From assembly GCA_032250835.1 (NCBI GenBank), contig JAVVEA010000001.1, forward strand, positions 288,001 through 352,000: a stretch of DNA of 64,000 nucleotides, given 5' to 3'. Source of the DNA: a bacterium (GTDB taxonomy: Bacteria; SAR324; XYD2-FULL-50-16). Shown one piece after another: positions 58,871 to 64,000 of the stretch (the stretch's first letter is position 1; every line of letters starts with the position of its first letter). A model generated the notes under the pieces. The model ran no database searches, was not told the origin of the DNA, and worked only from the letters and a program-made list of their open reading frames with translations. Both the position numbers and the translations under genes were made by a program.

Positions 58871-58896
58871 AGCGCAACCCCACCACAGGAGATGCG

Positions 58897-60042
58897 ATGA
58901 GACCGGCAAGATTTTTAACCCTACTGCTCGCCTTGATGTTATTGGCCACCCCCCTTTGGGCCGACGTAATCGGCAAAGGCAGCGCCGAGATATTCAACGG
59001 CAATGAAGGAGCCGCCCGCTCCCAAGCGAAACGCAACGCCCTACGCGATGCGGTAGAAAAAGGGGTCGGCACCTTGATCGACGCCAACACCCGGGTCGAA
59101 AACTGGCAGGTGATCCGCGACGAGGTCTATACCTCCGCCCAAGGGTTTGTTTCTAGCTACAAAACCCTCAAGGACGCTAAAGAAGGCACGTCTTGGGTGG
59201 TGGAGATCGACGCGGTAGTCTCTACGGAGATGCTCAAAGACAAGCTGGGGGAGCTACGGATCCTACATAAAAAGATGGGCAACAAACGGTTGCTGGTGAT
59301 CTACCGGGCCGAAGACGACAAAGCCCTTGAGGATGACCACCCGGCGGTTAATGCAGCCCAAGGGGAAATCCAAAGCCTGCTCAACGATGCGGGCTTTCGG
59401 GTTTTTGACGCTAAGTCGGTGGACCGGATCAAGGCCATGCGGCGTGGGGAAGCGGTTCGCGGGATGGAGGAGTGGATGAAGATCGCTGCCGAGCAACAGG
59501 CCGATATCTTGGCCGAATTTGAGCTCTCCACCAATCTAGGCACCCGTGGCGCCTTTGAGGTACAGGCCGCCAAGGTGGCTATGAAGATGCGGGTCTACGA
59601 CGTGAGCACCGGACGGCTGATCGCCACCCAGTTTGCCGAACAAAAACAACTGACCAACGCCCGGCCCGGTAGTTTTGACTGGCGCAGCGCCCTCAGCGGT
59701 GCGGCCCAAAAAGCGGCCGACCAAGCGACCGGCGAGGGCATCCAAAATATCGTCAAGTTTTACCAAAAGGTAGGCGACCTGGGTAACGGCTTCTACATGC
59801 GCTTTACTGGCTTTTCCGAAGACGAGGAAGACCAAATCTTAGCGGTCTTGGAGAACTTAGACGGTTACCAGAGCCTTTCGGAGCTGAAAAACGATACCGA
59901 AACCATCGAGATCGAATACTTCAGCAGCCTCCAAAAAAGCCAACTGCGCCGCAAGCTAAAGCTCAAAGCCAAAGAGAAGGGGGTGCGGATCAAGTCCCAA
60001 GAAGTCAGCGGCAACCGCTTCGACTTCGTTAAACAGTATTAG
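58897..60042 (+). CDS. Periplasmic protein with FlgT N-terminal (LPP20-like) domain
   Basis: Signal peptide; G.A......AR..A...ALRDAVE..VG..I..T.V.N pattern. Confidence 0.75.
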   Translation: MRPARFLTLLLALMLLATPLWADVIGKGSAEIFNGNEGAARSQAKRNALRDAVEKGVGTLIDANTRVENWQVIRDEVYTSAQGFVSSYKTLKDAKEGTSWVVEIDAVVSTEMLKDKLGELRILHKKMGNKRLLVIYRAEDDKALEDDHPAVNAAQGEIQSLLNDAGFRVFDAKSVDRIKAMRRGEAVRGMEEWMKIAAEQQADILAEFELSTNLGTRGAFEVQAAKVAMKMRVYDVSTGRLIATQFAEQKQLTNARPGSFDWRSALSGAAQKAADQATGEGIQNIVKFYQKVGDLGNGFYMRFTGFSEDEEDQILAVLENLDGYQSLSELKNDTETIEIEYFSSLQKSQLRRKLKLKAKEKGVRIKSQEVSGNRFDFVKQY

Positions 60043-60049
60043 GCCCTTT

Positions 60050-60077
60050 AAGCCCCGCCCTGCGGGGCTTTTTTTTG
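60050..60077 (+). terminator. Intrinsic terminator
   Basis: AAGCCCCGC-CCT-GCGGGGCTT followed by a T run, between convergent genes. Confidence 0.85.
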
Positions 60078-60079
60078 GC

Positions 60080-61522
60080 CTAAACCTTGGCGGCCAAGGG
60101 GGTGATGCAGTACACCTCGTGCCAGCCGCTGACTCCCTTTAACTTTGCCTCTTGCGGCTCAGGTAGGGGGCCTAGGGACTGCAAACGGCTCAAGACCTCG
60201 GGCTGATCCATCACCGGACGGGTGAAGCGGATTTCCCCCGCCTGTGCAAGTCCCTGAACCCGAGCGGCAATGTTGATGGTTTGCCCAAAAAAGTCTAAGG
60301 ACTGATTGGCGTTGACCGCAATAGCTGCCCCGGAATGCAACCCAACCTTCAACCCCAAACGCCCCGCCCCGAGTCCTTCGTTAAATTCCTCGATGGAACG
60401 AAGCATGGTGAAGGCCGCATCCAGGGCGTCTGAAGCCTTAGAAAAGCTAGCCATGATGGCGTCGCCCATGGTTTTGACTAAAGCTCCTCGGTGCTGGCGT
60501 ACTGCTTGGGTGAGGAGGTCAAAATGGGTGTGGACCAATTGGTAGGCTTGGCGGTCGCCGGTACTCCCGTAAAGCTCCGTGCTCCCCTTAAGGTCCGTAA
60601 ACAAGATGGTCAAGTCCCGCAGGTTCAAGCTCAAGTCCACCGGCAGATTTTGGACCGGAAACAGCTCGCGGAAGGGCTGATGGTTCAGCATGTCTTTACC
60701 GGAAACAAAGGGCGTAAACTGGGGTGGTCCAGCCTGGATTAGACCAAACAAATGGGCTTGGTCGGTATAAAGCAGCAAAGCCCCGGCGCGGTGGCCCAAT
60801 TCGTTGCGGAGGTTCACTTCAAGCGGCCCTGGACCGACCTCGACACCGATGGGTTCGAATCCGGCGGCGGTCAAACGGAGTTCTACCGGGCCCAAGGGAC
60901 CGCCTTCGACAATGTTCAGGTAGACCCGGGCATCATTTTCCAGGCTGATCACCCGGAACCGCTCTCCGACTTGGGCAAAAGCGGTCAAATGGCCGGTTTC
61001 GCCTGGATCCAGCCCCACAAAACCCCGTTTAGCTTGGTTTTCAATAAACTGCGCCACGGGCTCCGAACGGCGCAGGTGTTCAGAAAAGCAATAGGCTTCA
61101 TAGGAAGGGGCGTCCTTAAAGGGATCAAAATCTGGCTCGCCTAGTTCGCGGGCTAGGCGGAAGTTGATTTCCACCTGATCGTCCAAATGGGCAGTCATGT
61201 CGCCTTCGCAAAGGGTGCAATAAAAGCCGGTGTCCAGCAGATTCAGACTCCCTTGCCCATGAACCAAGCTCCCGCAATAACTACAATGGTTATCCCAAGT
61301 CATCTCCAGCAACCCAGCTTTGACGCCCACCAAAAGTAAGGGGTTGAGCCGGTCCGTCTCTATACCCAAGGCCTGTGCCAGATGAGTGGGCGAGAAACGA
61401 GCGAGCTTGGAGGGCGGCAATTGGTCGAGCTTTTCTAACACCCTCCGGGCGTTGCTCGGGTCTTCTAAGAGCAGATTCAGAAAGCGCTCTTTAGCGCGTT
61501 GGTAAGCGATGGCGTCGATCAT
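60080..61522 (-). CDS. Class III adenylate cyclase with N-terminal CxxC...CxxC (DUF5939-like) domain
   Basis: LFTDLKGST, VKTMGDAIM, DFFGQTINIAAR; N-terminal CSYC and CTLC. Confidence 0.88.
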   Translation of the reverse strand: MIDAIAYQRAKERFLNLLLEDPSNARRVLEKLDQLPPSKLARFSPTHLAQALGIETDRLNPLLLVGVKAGLLEMTWDNHCSYCGSLVHGQGSLNLLDTGFYCTLCEGDMTAHLDDQVEINFRLARELGEPDFDPFKDAPSYEAYCFSEHLRRSEPVAQFIENQAKRGFVGLDPGETGHLTAFAQVGERFRVISLENDARVYLNIVEGGPLGPVELRLTAAGFEPIGVEVGPGPLEVNLRNELGHRAGALLLYTDQAHLFGLIQAGPPQFTPFVSGKDMLNHQPFRELFPVQNLPVDLSLNLRDLTILFTDLKGSTELYGSTGDRQAYQLVHTHFDLLTQAVRQHRGALVKTMGDAIMASFSKASDALDAAFTMLRSIEEFNEGLGAGRLGLKVGLHSGAAIAVNANQSLDFFGQTINIAARVQGLAQAGEIRFTRPVMDQPEVLSRLQSLGPLPEPQEAKLKGVSGWHEVYCITPLAAKV

Positions 61523-62187
61523 GGAGCTTCCTTCAGGTCCGGGAAGAGGGGGTAATCTTGGGTCTTGCGCTCTAGCAGTTCCAGTGCCCAGAGACCCAGC
61601 TTGGCGGCCTTGGGGTCCTTTTGCTCCTGCCAGCGCCGCTGCAATTGTTTCAACTCACCCACCAGGGCTTCCGGCGGTAGCTGGGCCAGACGCCGAAATT
61701 CGCGGTCCGCCAGCGCCTGGGTCAATTGTGCCCAATGAGGGCGCAGCAGGGTCAGGTTGGTCTGGGCCCGCTCGCTAGCCTCCCCTGGGTCCAGTTGCTG
61801 GACCTGTTCAAAACGAGAGATCGCCCAAGTCAGCAGCTCTAAGGCTTGAGCCGGGTCTTGCGCCCGCTGGGCTGATTGGGCGTATTTTAGCCCCAATTCA
61901 TAGCCAATTCTAGCCCGCAAGGAATCGTCTAAGTCCGAAGATGCCAGAAGCTGTTGCAGCGCCTCTATCTGTGCGGCAGGTTCAAGCTCTTGGGTCAGGG
62001 AAATCCGGTTGAAGGCAGCAAGCGGAGCTTCGGCTTCAGCCGATTGGGCGGGCGGCGCTTGGGCCTGCCAAGCGTCCAATTGGCGGATTGGGCCCAAACC
62101 GGCCCAAATCCCCCAGCCGGGACCTAAAACAAGGCCCAGCGCCAAAATCGACAAACTTAAAATGAGACGCGGTGAGGGGCGGGTCAT
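61519..62187 (-). CDS. Membrane-anchored TPR-like hypothetical protein
   Basis: N-terminal TM; YELG...AISRFEQVQQLDP...A.TNL; stop overlaps the cyclase start. Confidence 0.65.
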   Translation of the reverse strand: MTRPSPRLILSLSILALGLVLGPGWGIWAGLGPIRQLDAWQAQAPPAQSAEAEAPLAAFNRISLTQELEPAAQIEALQQLLASSDLDDSLRARIGYELGLKYAQSAQRAQDPAQALELLTWAISRFEQVQQLDPGEASERAQTNLTLLRPHWAQLTQALADREFRRLAQLPPEALVGELKQLQRRWQEQKDPKAAKLGLWALELLERKTQDYPLFPDLKEAP

Positions 62188-62275
62188 GGAGTCGCAAGCT
62201 ATAGGTCGGACCCCAAAAAGCGTAGAGGGGCCAAGGTTTTTTGTAGTCTAAAACCTTGAGCCCTAATTGGGCAAG

Positions 62276-62782
62276 CTAGAGCATGCGTGGAGCGCAACTG
62301 AAGCGCAGGCCTTCGTCGCGTTTATGGTCCAGGTAGGTCCAGTAAGAAAGATTGCATACAGCACCGTCAGTCTCCCACTTCCAACTCCAAAGGATATGGT
62401 TGTCCACCAGCATCTTCTTGGTTTCCCCAATCCCCAATTGCTTGAGCTTGGTCCAGAGGTCAGCAAAGTTGATGTCAAAACGGTTGCTGTCTTTGCGCAT
62501 CACCAACACCAAGCCCTTGTCGGTCCACTGCATCAAACCGGCCTTTAAGGCCCGCTGGATGGAGCGGGGCGGCTTGCCCATCGCTTCAAAGGAAAGGTTG
62601 GCGAGGCCGTCGGGGCGCAACTGGTCCACAAACTCACGGGCGCTGGCCAAGTTTAGTTGCCGTGGGTCGCCAGCGCTGAGGTCTAGGGGGACCAATCCCT
62701 GTGGCATCTCCGGGTCGGTGGCAACGGTGACCACCTGGGGCGGTACCCAGCTTTTTAACCAATCAACAATAGGCGTCAACAT
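62276..62782 (-). CDS. Hypothetical protein
   Basis: 168-aa ORF with a strong AAGGAGG RBS. Confidence 0.7.
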   Translation of the reverse strand: MLTPIVDWLKSWVPPQVVTVATDPEMPQGLVPLDLSAGDPRQLNLASAREFVDQLRPDGLANLSFEAMGKPPRSIQRALKAGLMQWTDKGLVLVMRKDSNRFDINFADLWTKLKQLGIGETKKMLVDNHILWSWKWETDGAVCNLSYWTYLDHKRDEGLRFSCAPRML

Positions 62783-62839
62783 AGGGCCTCCTTAGGGGGT
62801 TTCTCTCCCTAAGGATACAAGTTCCGCGCCAGAGCGGCT

Positions 62840-63382
62840 CTAATTTTGCGCCGAGGAGACCCGCTTGGTGCCCAGCTGATTCCCCTGGGCATCAAAATAG
62901 ACCACTTTCTGTGGGTCATCATCCTGATTATAAAAAACATGTACCGATTTATAACCCAGCTTTTCGACGGCCGATTCCTTAAAATCCACCTCGGCGTAGA
63001 CGATCTTGCCACTCTCATCAAAGCGGCGCAGGTAGCGAAGATATTGGCGTTCGTTGGGTAGTTCCTCGGGCGAGAAGCGAAGGTCCTCTTGGATCTTGCC
63101 CATTTCAAACCATTTGACCTCCTGGCGATTAAAGCCCAAGTTGGCGGCGGCCTCCTCCAGGGGAATCCGCACCTCAAACCGCTCGCGGCCTTGGTCATCG
63201 TAGTAAGTGGTGCGCTCCTGCAATCGAGAGCGCAGGTCCTGGGCTTGGCGCAGCGTCTTGCCGCCAAATTGATTTTTTTGCTCGATGACCTCCCCTTGCG
63301 GCTCACAAGCAGCAACCCACAACAGCAAGGCCAACAAAATGGCTTTAGAGATCAAAACCCAAGGTGATTTTGGCAAATACAT
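62840..63382 (-). CDS. Lipoprotein with YD-like beta repeats
   Basis: Lipobox VAAC; YYDDQG, RFDESG and YFDAQG repeats; start may be TTG 63355. Confidence 0.7.
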   Translation of the reverse strand: MYLPKSPWVLISKAILLALLLWVAACEPQGEVIEQKNQFGGKTLRQAQDLRSRLQERTTYYDDQGRERFEVRIPLEEAAANLGFNRQEVKWFEMGKIQEDLRFSPEELPNERQYLRYLRRFDESGKIVYAEVDFKESAVEKLGYKSVHVFYNQDDDPQKVVYFDAQGNQLGTKRVSSAQN

Positions 63383-64000
63383 CGGCGTAAGGTTGGTTGC
63401 GGCCCCACAAGATGCCCAATCCAGGCAAGGAGACCTCTTTTAGGTAAAAATAGCCCCCCAGGCCCCAGGCCTGATAGGTGACTTGACGGTTTTTGCCGCT
63501 CAGATCAATCCAGCCAACATCCACAAAGGGTGCGACCGTAGCGATCCCTAAGCTAGAATAGACGATGGGCATTTGATAATCAATGGAGGCGGTCAGATAC
63601 CGCCCACTCCAAAGCCCCATCCAAGGCACGCCCCGAGCCCCCAGCGCCCCACCGCCCTGAATGGCTAGTCTCGGGTCATCTCGGTTCAGGCGGTCGGCTT
63701 GCAGGCGCAGTTGCAGCGCCTGATCGCGCCAGATTGCCCCTTGCCAGCCCAGGTCTAGCCGGGTGACCCCGTTTTGGCTCCGGGTCTCGCTCTGGTATTC
63801 TAATTCCCCTTTAAAACCTTCATCAAAATAAAAATGGTAGGTCGTCGGGTCCCATAACAATAGGCCTCCAACCCAAAGGGGGTCTAGGTCTTCGGGCCGA
63901 CTCCCGCCCTGTAGGTCATGAAAGCGCAGCCGCTGGGCACTGACCGAAAGGGCCGCCCGCAAATCGGGCCCCAGGTTGCGGCCCAACCTTAGGTCCAAAC
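63345..64000 (-). CDS. Outer-membrane beta-barrel protein, Omp85/BamA-like C-terminus (5' end outside window)
   Basis: Amphipathic beta strands, RG loop motif (ARGVP), PFVDVG, terminal ITLGFDL. Confidence 0.6.
   Translation of the reverse strand, partial: LDLRLGRNLGPDLRAALSVSAQRLRFHDLQGGSRPEDLDPLWVGGLLLWDPTTYHFYFDEGFKGELEYQSETRSQNGVTRLDLGWQGAIWRDQALQLRLQADRLNRDDPRLAIQGGGALGARGVPWMGLWSGRYLTASIDYQMPIVYSSLGIATVAPFVDVGWIDLSGKNRQVTYQAWGLGGYFYLKEVSLPGLGILWGRNQPYADVFAKITLGFDL

Noticed and set aside
1-64000. Numerous 60-180 aa antisense ORFs, and any tRNA, rRNA, CRISPR or prophage
   Set aside because: The antisense ORFs mirror well-supported genes; no cloverleaf, rRNA signature, repeat-spacer array or phage/transposase gene was recognised by eye.

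Overview
Gene-dense bacterial chromosomal segment of moderately high GC. Gene content (futalosine-pathway mqnD, long AMIN-type FliO, sigma54 flagellar promoter, LptE, TonB-dependent receptor) fits a flagellated diderm of deltaproteobacterial-like affinity; this is inference only. From start to end: a partial flgF with a sigma54 promoter; a hybrid sensor kinase; an aldehyde dehydrogenase with two tandem ferredoxins; and a ~12.6 kb corrinoid salvage/uptake cluster (cobS-cobQ-cobD, riboswitch, cobO-cobU-cobT, riboswitch, btuB-DUF71-btuFCD-cbiB) carrying two near-identical compact cobalamin riboswitches. Next come accessory genes (PAP2, subtilase with an SrfA-like tail coupled to an Hpt, HAD and TPR proteins), holA-comEC, and a cyaY-orphan-flippase-nucleotide-sugar dehydrogenase homologue-double GT4 cluster. 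The rest is fliL-fliN-fliO-argG-folB-alr, aspS, the ffh-rpsP-rimM-trmD-rplS...rpsT-mqnD-dnaG-rpoD run, pgi, envelope lipoproteins and a class III cyclase. No rRNA, tRNA, CRISPR or mobile element was recognised. Most notable: (1) a full-length UDP-sugar dehydrogenase homologue with its catalytic residues replaced (likely pseudoenzyme); (2) a riboswitch-controlled Dph6/DUF71 amidase-like gene inside the B12 transporter operon; (3) the duplicated riboswitch with apparently different expression platforms; (4) a ~115-aa insertion in HolA; (5) the subtilase/SrfA-like/Hpt operon. All family assignments come from motif recognition by eye, not database searches.
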